From Gammaproteobacteria bacterium (GTDB lineage Bacteria > Pseudomonadota > Gammaproteobacteria > JAKEHO01): DNA of 64,000 bases. The stretch covers positions 232-64,231 of the forward strand of contig JAPUIX010000158.1 of assembly GCA_027296625.1 (NCBI GenBank), written 5' to 3'. Shown here in pieces: positions 1 through 14,156 of this stretch. The notes beneath the pieces were generated by a model. That model was not told the DNA's origin, did not search any database, and was given only the letters and a program-made list of their open reading frames with translations. Within the stretch, counting starts at the first letter, position 1. Every line of letters starts with the position of its first letter. A program made the translations under genes and the position numbers.

Positions 1-474
1 CGCCTACCACAAGATCGCGCGGCGCTCGACAAACCTAAACCACCGCCGGTCCCAGTCCAGAGACAGCTGGATGAGCAGCAAGTCACAAAGGCGCTGCTGT
101 CGGGTCAATTTGATGGAAGTGAACTGGAAACAGGAGAAGAACTCCTTTATTTGCGTCCTGGCGTGCAACGCACTGTGTTTCGCAAATTGCGGCGTGGTCA
201 GTTCACCGTTGAGGCGGAACTTGACCTCCACGGGATGAATGTCGATAAGGCGTCCGGGAGGCTCGCCGAGTTCCTGACCGAATCCCAGTCAAGGGATCGG
301 CGATGCGTGCGGATCGTCCACGGCAAGGGGCACCGATCACGCAACAAGCAGCCGGTACTAAAAAACAAATTGAATAATTGGCTACGCCAGCGGGATGAGG
401 TCTTGGCATTCTGTTCAACACGTCCTGTAGACGGAGGGACCGGCGCGGTTTATGTGCTACTTAAGCGCCGCTGA
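1..474 (+). CDS. Smr/MutS2 domain endonuclease (5'-truncated by window edge)
   Basis: Frame is open from base 1. Smr motifs LDLHG, RIVHGKG and GGTGAVYVLL. Confidence 0.9.
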   Translation, partial: RLPQDRAALDKPKPPPVPVQRQLDEQQVTKALLSGQFDGSELETGEELLYLRPGVQRTVFRKLRRGQFTVEAELDLHGMNVDKASGRLAEFLTESQSRDRRCVRIVHGKGHRSRNKQPVLKNKLNNWLRQRDEVLAFCSTRPVDGGTGAVYVLLKRR

Positions 475-539
475 AGGCGAAAGCAACTGACCCAACAGTT
501 CTCGCCAGAGAGCACTCGCCTGCTCAAGTGCTCCGATCA

Positions 540-1013
540 CTAATTAGTCGTCAATAGCACAACCGCATGGGCCACGATGCCCTCTCCGCGTCCCGCAAAG
601 CCCATGCCTTCGGTTGTGCTTGCCTTGACATTGACCGATTCAACGTTGATGGTCACATCGGCGGCAAGGTTTTTTCTCATGGGCGCAAAATAGGGCGAGA
701 GCTTTGGCGCCTCAGCGACAATGGTAATATCCGCATTGGCGACCCTCAAACTGTTGTCCTTGAGTAACTGAACAACCTTACGCAATAGGATGCGGCTGTC
801 GATCCCCTTTAACTCAGCCTTGGAATCAGGAAAGTACTGACCGATATCGCCCAAACCAGCCGCACCCAAGAGTGCGTCACACAAGGCATGAATGACCACA
901 TCACCATCAGAGTGCGCAGCCAACCCTTGATGGTAAGGAATGGTTACACCGCCAAGGATGAGCGATGACCCTTCCTCGAATCGATGGGCGTCGTAGCCGT
1001 GGCCTATGCGCAT
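540..1013 (-). CDS. ispF: 2-C-methyl-D-erythritol 2,4-cyclodiphosphate synthase
   Basis: MRIGHGYDAH, HSDGDV, GDIG motifs; follows ispD. Confidence 0.97.
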   Translation of the reverse strand: MRIGHGYDAHRFEEGSSLILGGVTIPYHQGLAAHSDGDVVIHALCDALLGAAGLGDIGQYFPDSKAELKGIDSRILLRKVVQLLKDNSLRVANADITIVAEAPKLSPYFAPMRKNLAADVTINVESVNVKASTTEGMGFAGRGEGIVAHAVVLLTTN

Positions 1014-1717
1014 GCTTCTCGCTCCTGTCGGCGTAAATACAGCTCGGCCAGTGCAAGGTCCTCTCGATTGGTGATCTTAATATTGTCCGAGTGTCCCTCA
1101 ACCAACCTCGGCGCTGCACCCGCAAGCTCCATGGCCTGCGCCTCGTCCGTTACCTTCTGGCCTTGCGCCAGCGCCGCCTCAATGGCACAGCGAAGGGCTT
1201 CTAGGCGAAACATTTGTGGCGTCAGCGCATGCCAGAGGCCGTGGCGTTCCACGGTCGCCTGTACGGTATTATCCAGCTGACCTCGCTTGATGGTATCGCG
1301 CACCGGCAGCGCGAGCAGTCCACCCACCGGATCATCCGCCAAGACATCCAGCAAGCGATTGATATCTTCTTCACGCACACAAGGCCGCGCTGCATCGTGC
1401 ACCAACACCCAATCCTCAGACCGGGCAACTGTCTCAGCAGCTTTCAGTCCATTGAGCACGGAATGACATCGCTCAACACCGCCGGTCGCGACGATCACCT
1501 GATTGCTGTAGGGGAGTTCAAGTGCTTGCCAGTGACTGTCATGCTCAGCGATTACTACGACAACCCCTTTGATGCGTGGATGGGTGCAAAAACGATTCAG
1601 CGTATGTTCGATGACCGGCCGACCACGCAATGAAAAATATTGTTTCGGAACATCGCCGCCCATGCGTTCGCTAATCCCGGCAGCGGGAATTACCGCCCAG
1701 AAGTGCTCGCCTGTCAT
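1004..1717 (-). CDS. ispD: 2-C-methyl-D-erythritol 4-phosphate cytidylyltransferase
   Basis: PAAG..RMG..PKQY, VLVHDAARP, NIKIT motifs. Confidence 0.97.
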   Translation of the reverse strand: MTGEHFWAVIPAAGISERMGGDVPKQYFSLRGRPVIEHTLNRFCTHPRIKGVVVVIAEHDSHWQALELPYSNQVIVATGGVERCHSVLNGLKAAETVARSEDWVLVHDAARPCVREEDINRLLDVLADDPVGGLLALPVRDTIKRGQLDNTVQATVERHGLWHALTPQMFRLEALRCAIEAALAQGQKVTDEAQAMELAGAAPRLVEGHSDNIKITNREDLALAELYLRRQEREACA

Positions 1718-1724
1718 TCAGCCG

Positions 1725-2033
1725 CTAATCCTGAGCGGGCACGTCTGTCCCTGTTGTCTCTGATTCATTAACGAATAAATAAAACGTTTCGTCCGTCGCA
1801 ATCATCCCCATCTCGCTGCGGGCTCGCTCTTCGATGGCTTCAAGTCCTTGCTTGAGATCCTGGACTTCCGCCTCAAGGGACTCGTTTCTTTCCTTAAGTT
1901 GCTCGTTTTCCAGAATTTGTGCCTCCCTAGCCTGATCCAAGCGACGTACCTCGGTGAGACCACCATGTCCGAACCATAACTTATATTGCAGCAGGATAAG
2001 GAGCAGCGCGAAAATGACCCCGAGTGTCCTCAT
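1725..2033 (-). CDS. ftsB: Cell division protein FtsB
   Basis: N-terminal TM, LQYKLWFG, coiled coil, IEERARSEMG; eno-ftsB-ispD synteny. Confidence 0.95.
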   Translation of the reverse strand: MRTLGVIFALLLILLQYKLWFGHGGLTEVRRLDQAREAQILENEQLKERNESLEAEVQDLKQGLEAIEERARSEMGMIATDETFYLFVNESETTGTDVPAQD

Positions 2034-2114
2034 GGTTAGACCATGGAAATCACTGGTGTCACGGCATCCTTGATCACGGCAGTCATATCATCATGATCCC
2101 GCATCGTGACAGCG

Positions 2115-3410
<1,296 letters not shown>

Positions 3411-3453
3411 CTACTCTACCCTACAAACCCCGCCTATCCATCTCGTGCAACAC

Positions 3454-5971
<2,518 letters not shown>

Positions 5972-6127
5972 TTATGCACACCGAGACGTTCGACCTGGCA
6001 GCAACGAGATTACTGACTATGGCTAACCCCCTCTTCTGGGTGTTATGAACGCCAGCAGATCGCAACAAAACACCCGAAATCAAACATAAGGCCGAGAAGC
6101 CCCACAAGAGGGATCAATGTGCTAAAA

Positions 6128-6168
6128 GGACGGGAGTAGAAAGTACCAGAATGGCGCCGGTTTCTCAA
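6128..6168 (-). promoter_or_regulatory. sigma70 promoter of pyrG with C-rich start region
   Basis: TTGAGA-17 nt-TACTTT with extended TG; initial transcribed region CCCGTCC. Confidence 0.65.
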
Positions 6169-6295
6169 TCAAATCCACATGTCGCCCGAAACGGAGTAGC
6201 ACCGGGCCACGTCATCCTGTAACGTACGCCCAAGCAGAACGATTCAATATTCAGAGCCCCCACCAAGCCCAACGGGTCACCGATCTCGCGCCCCC

Positions 6296-7180
6296 ATGCA
6301 TTCAGATCATCTATTTCGAGGGATCGGCTTCGCTCTTGCCGCCGCGCTCAGTTTCGCTGGCATGGGTGCCACCGTCAAGCTTGCCTCTGAGTCATTATCA
6401 AATGAAATGATCGTATTTCTGCGCAATCTTTTTGGACTCATTGTGCTCGCTCCCTGGCTGTATCAGAGCGGCATTAGGACCTTGGCAACGCGACGCTTCA
6501 CTCATCATCTCGTCCGGACCCTTTTCGGACTTGCCGCGATGTATTGTTTCTTTTACGCCATTGCGCACCTGCAGCTTGCTGAAGCCGTTTTACTCAATTT
6601 TAGCGCGCCGTTATTTATCCCCATTATCGCCTTGCTTTGGTTGGGAGAGAGCTTAACAGCACGCTTAGGATCTGCAATCATCGTCGGCTTCCTTGGCATC
6701 AGCCTCATTTTAAAGCCTGGTATTGGGATACTCTCTGACGCGGTGTTTGTCGGCCTGGCTTCGGGCGTCTTCGCTGCCGTCGCGATGGTGAGTATCCGCC
6801 GCTTATCAGACACCGAGCCAACCCTACGGATCGTCTTTTATTTTGCGGTGATCTGCACCCTTGTCTCAGCGTTGCCACTCATCTGGAACTGGCAGACGCC
6901 GGCGCTTGGGGCACTTGCAGCGATGGCCGTCGGTGGGGCCTTCGCAACCATTGGGCAACTGTGCCTCACCCACGCCTACACCCTAGCGCCCGCCGCGCAG
7001 ATCGGGCCATATACCTATGCGACGGTAATATTTGCCGCAGCGATCGGCTGGGCGATTTGGGGAGAGGTCCCTGATCGACTTACAATGCTAGGGACAACGT
7101 TGGTATGCATAGCCGGGATCCTCGCGCTGAGCCTTTCACCAAAGCGCCAGGCGGCTGCGCGCATCACGATTCATGAATAA
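6296..7180 (+). CDS. DMT (EamA/RhaT) family transporter
   Basis: About 10 hydrophobic helices in two EamA repeats. Confidence 0.9.
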   Translation: MHSDHLFRGIGFALAAALSFAGMGATVKLASESLSNEMIVFLRNLFGLIVLAPWLYQSGIRTLATRRFTHHLVRTLFGLAAMYCFFYAIAHLQLAEAVLLNFSAPLFIPIIALLWLGESLTARLGSAIIVGFLGISLILKPGIGILSDAVFVGLASGVFAAVAMVSIRRLSDTEPTLRIVFYFAVICTLVSALPLIWNWQTPALGALAAMAVGGAFATIGQLCLTHAYTLAPAAQIGPYTYATVIFAAAIGWAIWGEVPDRLTMLGTTLVCIAGILALSLSPKRQAAARITIHE

Positions 7181-7649
7181 ATCAGAATAACGATCTACTC
7201 TTGCCGGCTGACAAGCATACGGGCGATATATTAAGAGCGGGCAGGCGTTCCGCCACCGAGAACCGATAGCGGATTCGAAAGGATGATTTCAGTAGGGATC
7301 CTGGATCCAAATGGTTAAAATTATGACGCTAGCAGAAGGCACGCGGCGGTTGGAGGGGGAGCGTCCTGCAATGCCAAACGGATGGAAGACATCACCAAGC
7401 TACATTAGCTGAGCACCCAGGCGCCGTTGATGGGTGCCGCCCGACGATCCGTTCATTGCCGATCAAAAACAACGGCCAATGACTCACTGCATAATCACGG
7501 GACAACAATGCTGAATCTTTAAACAAAGAAATTAAAAGCCCCCAAGCCAAAAAACCACTTCAAACCGGGGGCATATGACAAGGCGAAACTCCTCATTAGA
7601 ATTTATTCAGCGTTGGTGATACGGGCGAAAAAAAAAGGAGGATTTCATC

Positions 7650-9422
7650 ATGGCACTTGATCCAACCAAACACGCTGATTGGGAAATTGCAGCGGCGGCT
7701 GAGCAGAATATGAAAACAGCTCAGCAGCTCGCTGACGAATTGGGTATTGCGAACGATGAACTGCTCCCGCACGGACATCATATTGCAAAGATTGATTATG
7801 CAAAAGTCCTGAGCCGCCTGAAGGACAAACCGGACGGCAAGTTTATTGAAGTCACGGCCCTTACGCCAACACCGCTCGGAGAGGGCAAATCGACGACGAC
7901 GCTCGGTCTGTTACAAGGAATTGGTAAACGAGGTAAAAAAGTGACGGCCTGCATTAGACAGCCGTCCGGTGGCCCGACATTTAACATTAAGGGTTCAGCC
8001 GCCGGAGGCGGACTTTCTCAGTGTATACCTCTGACTGAGTTTTCACTTGGACTGACTGGCGATATCAATGCCGTTATGAACGCACACAACCTCGCCATGG
8101 TCGCACTTACGGCAAGAATGCAGCACGAATTCAACTATGACGACGCAACGCTCGCAAAGCGTAACCTGAGTCGACTCAATATCAATCCGAAGAATGTCGA
8201 AATGGGCTGGGTTATCGATTTCTGTGCCCAGGCCCTTCGCAATATCATCATCGGCATCGGCGGCAAGATGGATGGCTTCATGATGTCCTCAAAGTTTACC
8301 ATTGCCGTTTCTTCAGAGGTTATGGCCATACTTTCCATCTTCAGCGACCTTGCAGACTTCAGAGAACGGATAGGTGCTATCGTGGTCGCATACGACAAAC
8401 AAGATAACCCTGTCACTACGGAAGATCTCGAGGTTGCAGGCGCCATGACAGCCTGGATGAGAGACGCTATCAATCCGAATATGCTTCAATCCATCGAAGG
8501 GCAGCCCTGCTTTGTGCATGCAGGCCCGTTTGCAAATATCGCTGTGGGGCAATCATCGATCGTCGCCGACAAGATGGCCCTGAAGCTGGCGGACTACCAC
8601 ATCACTGAATCAGGATTTGGTGCGGATATCGGGTTTGAAAAATTCTGGAACGTGAAGTGCCGCTACTCCGGAAACATTCCCAATGTCTCGGTCATTACCG
8701 CCACGATCCGCGCCTTGAAGCACCATGGCGTAAATGCCGGCGCCCCGCCGGTTGTACCCGGCCGACCGATACCAAAAGAATACCTTGAGGAGAATCTCGC
8801 ATGGCTTGAGGATGGTATGGCAAATGTGATACATCATATCAATACCGTAAAGAAGGCCGGCATTAATCCTGTTGTTTGCATCAACGCCTTTCACACGGAT
8901 ACAGAAGAAGAAATCAAGCTGACAAAGAAGATGTGCGAAGAAGGGGGAGCGCGGGTTGCAGTTTCACGCCACTGGCAATACGGCGGCGAGGGGGCCCTGG
9001 AGTTGGCCGATGCGGTCATGGATGCATGTAATGACAAAGTCGACTTTAAGTTTCTCTACGATCTGGATACGCCACTGCGCAAGCGCATCGAGCTGATTGC
9101 CAAAGAGGTCTACGGCGCGGATGGCGTAAGTTACACCGCAGAAGCGACGGCCAAAGCAGAAAAATTCGAGAAAGATCAGAAGCTTAAGGACTATACGACA
9201 ATGATGGTCAAAACCCATCTGTCCCTGTCGCACGATCCCAGCCTCAAAGGCGTACCTAAAGGGTGGACCCTTCACATTCGCGATTTCCTCACCTACGGCG
9301 GGGCACGGTTTATCTGTCCTGTTGCCGGAAATATCAGTTTGATGCCTGGTACCGGATCCGATCCCGCCTATCGCCGGATCGACATCGATGTCGATACCGG
9401 CAGAGTGAAAGGATTATTTTAG
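7650..9422 (+). CDS. fhs: Formate--tetrahydrofolate ligase
   Basis: [52 protein letters not shown]; strong AAGGAGG SD. Confidence 0.98.
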   Translation: MALDPTKHADWEIAAAAEQNMKTAQQLADELGIANDELLPHGHHIAKIDYAKVLSRLKDKPDGKFIEVTALTPTPLGEGKSTTTLGLLQGIGKRGKKVTACIRQPSGGPTFNIKGSAAGGGLSQCIPLTEFSLGLTGDINAVMNAHNLAMVALTARMQHEFNYDDATLAKRNLSRLNINPKNVEMGWVIDFCAQALRNIIIGIGGKMDGFMMSSKFTIAVSSEVMAILSIFSDLADFRERIGAIVVAYDKQDNPVTTEDLEVAGAMTAWMRDAINPNMLQSIEGQPCFVHAGPFANIAVGQSSIVADKMALKLADYHITESGFGADIGFEKFWNVKCRYSGNIPNVSVITATIRALKHHGVNAGAPPVVPGRPIPKEYLEENLAWLEDGMANVIHHINTVKKAGINPVVCINAFHTDTEEEIKLTKKMCEEGGARVAVSRHWQYGGEGALELADAVMDACNDKVDFKFLYDLDTPLRKRIELIAKEVYGADGVSYTAEATAKAEKFEKDQKLKDYTTMMVKTHLSLSHDPSLKGVPKGWTLHIRDFLTYGGARFICPVAGNISLMPGTGSDPAYRRIDIDVDTGRVKGLF

Positions 9423-9501
9423 TGCTTTCACCTGAGATGGGGAGGCTGCACTCGCGAGGAACGGATCCCAAATAACCAGGTGCCTGCCTGTCCCGTGGCG
9501 G

Positions 9502-12267
9502 CTAGCCGGTCCAACCTAACCCTTCCGCGACACAGTTAATACTAAGCAACAAAGGCACAAGATCGGACTGCTTCACCTTTTTTGCGCGGCGGAAGCGCTT
9601 GATCAATTTGACTTGCTCATAACCGATCTGATTAAGGGTCGGCAGCCTTCGTCCTAGCCGGCGCCTAAAACGCGGAAACCGTTCACAGAGTCCCTGACCG
9701 GTGATTTGCAATATCATCTTGACGGTCCGGTGATATTCGTCCTCGATCATGGAAAAGATCTCATCTCGAACACTTCTATCTGGCACAAGGTCCGCGTACT
9801 CACGGGCGATGGCAAGATCTACCTGCGGTAAGGTCTTCTCTGCCTCGTCAACAATTAGCCGAAACAAACGCGATTCATTGAACATGCGCCCGAGTAATTG
9901 CTCACCTAGCCCTCCGCGCACAGCGATAAAGCGCTCGAGTCCCGTTCCGATCCCATACCAGCCCGGCACCATATGTCGGTTCTGTGTCCAGGCGAACACC
10001 CAGGGGATCGCCCGTAGATCATTGAGCGTCTTGGCGCCAAAACGCCGTGCCGGTCGTGATCCGATCTTGAGCAGCACCAACTCATCAACAGGACTCGCCG
10101 CCTGATAGTAGGTCACCAAGCCGGGATGCTCCGCCAGTTGCCGATAAGCCGCATAGGCGGCACCAGATAACGCCTCCATGGTCTCATCGAACTCCGGATT
10201 GGGTTTGAGCTCCGGTTCTTTTCCCGATTTGAGCGAATGCTCGAGCACGCTTGCCGCGATTAGTTCCATATTATATTGGGCGGTACCGCGGTTCGCATAC
10301 TTGTAAGTCACGACTTCACCCTGCTCGGTCAGACGCAATTGGCCATGGACCGATCCCGCTGGCTGCGCAGCGATCGCTCGTCCCGTCGGCGCGCCACCCC
10401 GGCTCACCGACCCCCCACGGCCATGAAAGAACGCGATGGGAATGCCGCACTCCTCCCCAACGCGCGTCAGCTTCGCCTGGGCTTTGCTCAACTCCCAATT
10501 CGATGTCAGAAAGCCACCGTCCTTATTGGAATCTGAATACCCAATCATGACTTCCTGAACCCCGCCAAGATCACGCACCGTTCGCCGCACCACTGGGATC
10601 GAGAGAAGCTCCCGCATAATCGTCGGCGCCGAATTCAGATCCGTTATGGTTTCAAAAAGCGGATCCACCAGCAAGGTCGCGCGTTCAATCCCTTCCGCAT
10701 CAGCAAATAAGCCCGCGTATTTTTCGAGGAGATAGACGCCCAGCACATCCGCTACTGACTGTGTCATGCTCAAGATAAAATTCCCGGTTGCCTCCCGATC
10801 CACCTCCAAACTCATGTCACGCACGACCCGAAGCAGCCCTATGGTCGATGCGGCTTTCGGTCCAAATCCGTCTAATTTCGGCAAGCCATTGAGTGGTCGC
10901 GCAAGTTCTCTAATCAACCATTCCTTCCATTCGTCTGAGGTGGGATCCGGTAGAGACTCTATTGGTTGATGGGTGAGGTGGCGCCACAATTCAGCCAGCG
11001 TACGGTTAGTCACCGTGGTATTTTCGCGTACGTCCAGGCTGACCGTCCTGAAACGAAAGATCTCCACCTCTCGCCGCAGCGGGCGTACCAAACTTTTGGC
11101 CAATGATTCGCATTCAGACTCCACAAGCCCGGTTTCCATGATGTTCAGATCACGAATGAGTTCATCGGCACTGGCGTAGGTCGGACTCTTTGAATCGGGC
11201 GCCTGATTATCGGCGCCTGAAAGGGTCGCATCTAACTTTCGGAGCATGCACATGGCAAATTGCCTGAAGACCTCGCCGGGATTGCGCACAGCGATGCCGT
11301 CTTTATCCCCGCTCTCCTCCAGCGTGCGGCTAAGTGCTTCCAGGTACTTTTCTGATACATTGAGCGCGTGTTCCGCGATACTGCTGGTTCGTACCAAGTG
11401 CTCGAGCCTCTGCCGGTATCGTGTAAGAGATACAAGACGGTTAGTTAACATCGTGTCCTTAGTCACTTCGTTGGTAACGAATGGATTGCCGTCGCGGTCA
11501 CCGCCGATCCAAGACCCGAACTGAAAGAAGGGCGGTATGCGAAACGTATGCTCAGGATAATGTTGGCCGAGGGTCCATTCGAGCTTTTCCAGGAGTTCCG
11601 GCACGCGCTCGAACAGGGACTCCTCGAAAAAATGCAGGCCCCATGCAACTTCCTGGGCCACGGTGGGCTTTTCCAAGCGGAGCTCACCGGTAAGCCATAA
11701 GAGGTCAATCTCATTTTTCAGATCACTAACCAGTGCCTCTCGCTCCCGGGGCGTCCAACGAGGCGACTCCAATTCCATCAGCAAGAGATAGATGCGCCGG
11801 TGTATCTCCAGGACCGTGACGCGCTTGGCCTCGGTGGGATGGGCCGTGATCACCGGTCGCACCCGAGCCGTATCGAGCAGCGCTTGAATCTCTTCCGCCT
11901 TGACCTTTGATGCCGCCGCATTCGCAATTACATAGGGCAGCGTACCCTGGACCTGGTCGGCCCCCCGTTGTCGTTCGACCTGCCGTCGCCGGCGCATGGC
12001 CGCGTTCTGCTCTGCAATACTCAAGAGCTGGAACCAAATTCCGTGCGCTTGTAGGAACCGCAGTAACAATTCGCGCTCATTGCTGGGCGCCGGCACCTCG
12101 CCCCTAAAGGCGGGCACAATAGCCGGATGGCGGGCGTGGATGACGTCCCCGAGCAGCCTAGATAGGAGGCCAATGACCTCGTTTGCATAGGCGGCGGCCG
12201 CCGCCTCAGGATCGTCTACCGGGGAAGAGACTGGGGGTGGTGCAGAAAGGATTGGGTCCTCAGTCAC
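9502..12267 (-). CDS. ppc: Phosphoenolpyruvate carboxylase
   Basis: VITAHPTE, GSWIGGDRDGNP, QEVMIGYSDSNKDGG, FHGRGGSVSRGG, LRAIPWVFAWTQ. Confidence 0.98.
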   Translation of the reverse strand: MTEDPILSAPPPVSSPVDDPEAAAAAYANEVIGLLSRLLGDVIHARHPAIVPAFRGEVPAPSNERELLLRFLQAHGIWFQLLSIAEQNAAMRRRRQVERQRGADQVQGTLPYVIANAAASKVKAEEIQALLDTARVRPVITAHPTEAKRVTVLEIHRRIYLLLMELESPRWTPREREALVSDLKNEIDLLWLTGELRLEKPTVAQEVAWGLHFFEESLFERVPELLEKLEWTLGQHYPEHTFRIPPFFQFGSWIGGDRDGNPFVTNEVTKDTMLTNRLVSLTRYRQRLEHLVRTSSIAEHALNVSEKYLEALSRTLEESGDKDGIAVRNPGEVFRQFAMCMLRKLDATLSGADNQAPDSKSPTYASADELIRDLNIMETGLVESECESLAKSLVRPLRREVEIFRFRTVSLDVRENTTVTNRTLAELWRHLTHQPIESLPDPTSDEWKEWLIRELARPLNGLPKLDGFGPKAASTIGLLRVVRDMSLEVDREATGNFILSMTQSVADVLGVYLLEKYAGLFADAEGIERATLLVDPLFETITDLNSAPTIMRELLSIPVVRRTVRDLGGVQEVMIGYSDSNKDGGFLTSNWELSKAQAKLTRVGEECGIPIAFFHGRGGSVSRGGAPTGRAIAAQPAGSVHGQLRLTEQGEVVTYKYANRGTAQYNMELIAASVLEHSLKSGKEPELKPNPEFDETMEALSGAAYAAYRQLAEHPGLVTYYQAASPVDELVLLKIGSRPARRFGAKTLNDLRAIPWVFAWTQNRHMVPGWYGIGTGLERFIAVRGGLGEQLLGRMFNESRLFRLIVDEAEKTLPQVDLAIAREYADLVPDRSVRDEIFSMIEDEYHRTVKMILQITGQGLCERFPRFRRRLGRRLPTLNQIGYEQVKLIKRFRRAKKVKQSDLVPLLLSINCVAEGLGWTG

Positions 12268-13235
12268 ACAACTTTGTCACGCGGGGTCTCACCGGCGAAG
12301 AACGTCTTGACGTTTTCCAGCGCACGCATGCCCATCGCTACACGGGTCTCTCGTGAGGCACTGCCAAGATGGGGAAACAGGACCACATTCTCCATTGCAA
12401 GCAACTCCTTCGAGACCTGCGGCTCGTTTTCATAGACATCCAGAGCAGCACCGGCAATGGTACCGTCTTGCAGAGCCTTGACCAGCGCCTTTTCATCAAC
12501 GACATCACCACGCGACGTATTGATGAGAAAGGCAGTTGGTTTCATCAGCGCCAACCTTTCTGCGTTGATCAAATAGTGTGTCTCCTTACCAGCTGGGCAG
12601 TGTACCGAAACAACATCCGCATCCTTAAAGACGTCTTCCAGTGTTTCACATGGCTGCGCTTCTAGGGCTGCGACAACGTCCTTAGGCGGTGGATAGGGAT
12701 CATAAAAAATAATGTTCATGCCAAAACCAAAATGCGCCCGCTTCGCCACGGCCTTCGCAATTCGTCCCATGCCAACAAGGCCCAAGGTCTTGCCACTCAC
12801 CTTCGTTGCGAGCATATGGGTGGGTCGCCACCCGGTCCACGACTTGGAGCGAACATGCCGCTCGCCTTCACCCGCTCGCCGCGCCACCATGAGCAGCAAG
12901 GTCATGGCGGTATCCGCCGTACAGTCGGTCAGCACGTCCGGGGTGTTGGTTACGGTAATACCCCGCTCCTTTGCAGCGTTCAAGTCAATATGGTTGAACC
13001 CGACACCAAAGTTCCCAAGGATTTTTGCCCTCAGGGGCTCGGCGCTGAGGACCTCGGCGGTGATCTTGTCCGATACCGTAGGCAGTACCGCATCGGCACA
13101 ACGGAGAGCCTCCTGAAGTTCTGTGACACTCATGGGGTGGTCATTCTCGTTGAGCTCTACGTCAAAGAGCGCCTTCAGCTCTTCCTCCACCTCTTCCGGC
13201 CAACGCCGGGTCACGATAACCTTTAGCTTCTCCAT
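12264..13235 (-). CDS. hprA: D-glycerate dehydrogenase / hydroxypyruvate reductase (D-2-hydroxyacid dehydrogenase family)
   Basis: GVGFNHID, TNTPDVLT, GMGRIA, INTSRG, PHLGSA. Serine-cycle context supports the hydroxypyruvate reductase role. Confidence 0.85.
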   Translation of the reverse strand: MEKLKVIVTRRWPEEVEEELKALFDVELNENDHPMSVTELQEALRCADAVLPTVSDKITAEVLSAEPLRAKILGNFGVGFNHIDLNAAKERGITVTNTPDVLTDCTADTAMTLLLMVARRAGEGERHVRSKSWTGWRPTHMLATKVSGKTLGLVGMGRIAKAVAKRAHFGFGMNIIFYDPYPPPKDVVAALEAQPCETLEDVFKDADVVSVHCPAGKETHYLINAERLALMKPTAFLINTSRGDVVDEKALVKALQDGTIAGAALDVYENEPQVSKELLAMENVVLFPHLGSASRETRVAMGMRALENVKTFFAGETPRDKVV

Positions 13236-13244
13236 GAACGCTTA

Positions 13245-14135
13245 CTAATTCGCCTTCTTAAGCACGTCTGCCACGGTGGCACCCAACTCGGCGGGACTCG
13301 GCGCCACCCTAACGCCCGCATCTTTCAGTATTTCGACCTTTTCCGCGGCACTCTCACCAAAGGCGGAAATGATGGCCCCTGCATGACCCATCCTGCGGCC
13401 CTTCGGTGCGCTCAGCCCCGCGACGTAAGCAACTACCGGCTTCGACATGTGATCCCGCACAAACTCCGCCGCTTCTGCTTCCTGAGGCCCACCGATCTCA
13501 CCGATCATCATCACAGCCTTTGTTTCATCGTCTTCTTCAAAACGCTCCAGGATGTCCTTGAAGGAACTGCCGTTGATCGGGTCCCCGCCAATCCCCACGC
13601 TGGTTGACACCCCGATGCCGAGTTCCTTCATCTGTGACGCGGCCTCATACCCGAGCGTGCCGGATCGCCCCACAACACCCACTGGACCGGATACATAGAT
13701 ATGACCCGGCATGATCCCCATCATCGCCTTTCCGGGGCTGATGACGCCGGCACAGTTAGGTCCAATTAAACACATACGCTGATCCTTCTTGTAGCGCCAC
13801 ATATAGCGCTTCACCCTGATCATGTCATGGGCCGGGATCCCGTCCGTGATGGCAACGCACCCGCGTATCCCCGCATCAGCCGCTTCCATGATCGAGTCAC
13901 CCGCAAACGGGGCGGGCACAAAGATGATACTGGCGGTTGCGCCTGTTTCTTGGACGGCCTCCTTGACCGTATTGAATACTGGCTTACCCAGGTGGATCGT
14001 GCCGCCCTTGCCGGGTGTGACGCCACCCACAATGTTGGTCCCGTACTCCATCATCTCCGTGGCATGGAAGGTGCCGATCTGACCCGTAAAACCCTGAACG
14101 ATGACTTTTGTCTTTTTATCTAGCAATATACTCAT
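13245..14135 (-). CDS. mtkB: Malate--CoA ligase (malate thiokinase) alpha subunit, SucD family
   Basis: QGFTG, IGPNCAG, SGTLGYE, MGHAGA phospho-His; adjacent to mcl and mtkA. Confidence 0.88.
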   Translation of the reverse strand: MSILLDKKTKVIVQGFTGQIGTFHATEMMEYGTNIVGGVTPGKGGTIHLGKPVFNTVKEAVQETGATASIIFVPAPFAGDSIMEAADAGIRGCVAITDGIPAHDMIRVKRYMWRYKKDQRMCLIGPNCAGVISPGKAMMGIMPGHIYVSGPVGVVGRSGTLGYEAASQMKELGIGVSTSVGIGGDPINGSSFKDILERFEEDDETKAVMMIGEIGGPQEAEAAEFVRDHMSKPVVAYVAGLSAPKGRRMGHAGAIISAFGESAAEKVEILKDAGVRVAPSPAELGATVADVLKKAN

Positions 14136-14156
14136 GGCTCGAATCCCTCGAAAAAA

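Noticed and set aside
7181-7649. ZTP, THF or glycine riboswitch upstream of fhs
   Set aside because: Consensus elements not found on the sense strand. CGCCTGGG occurs only antisense and without the ZTP 5' domain.
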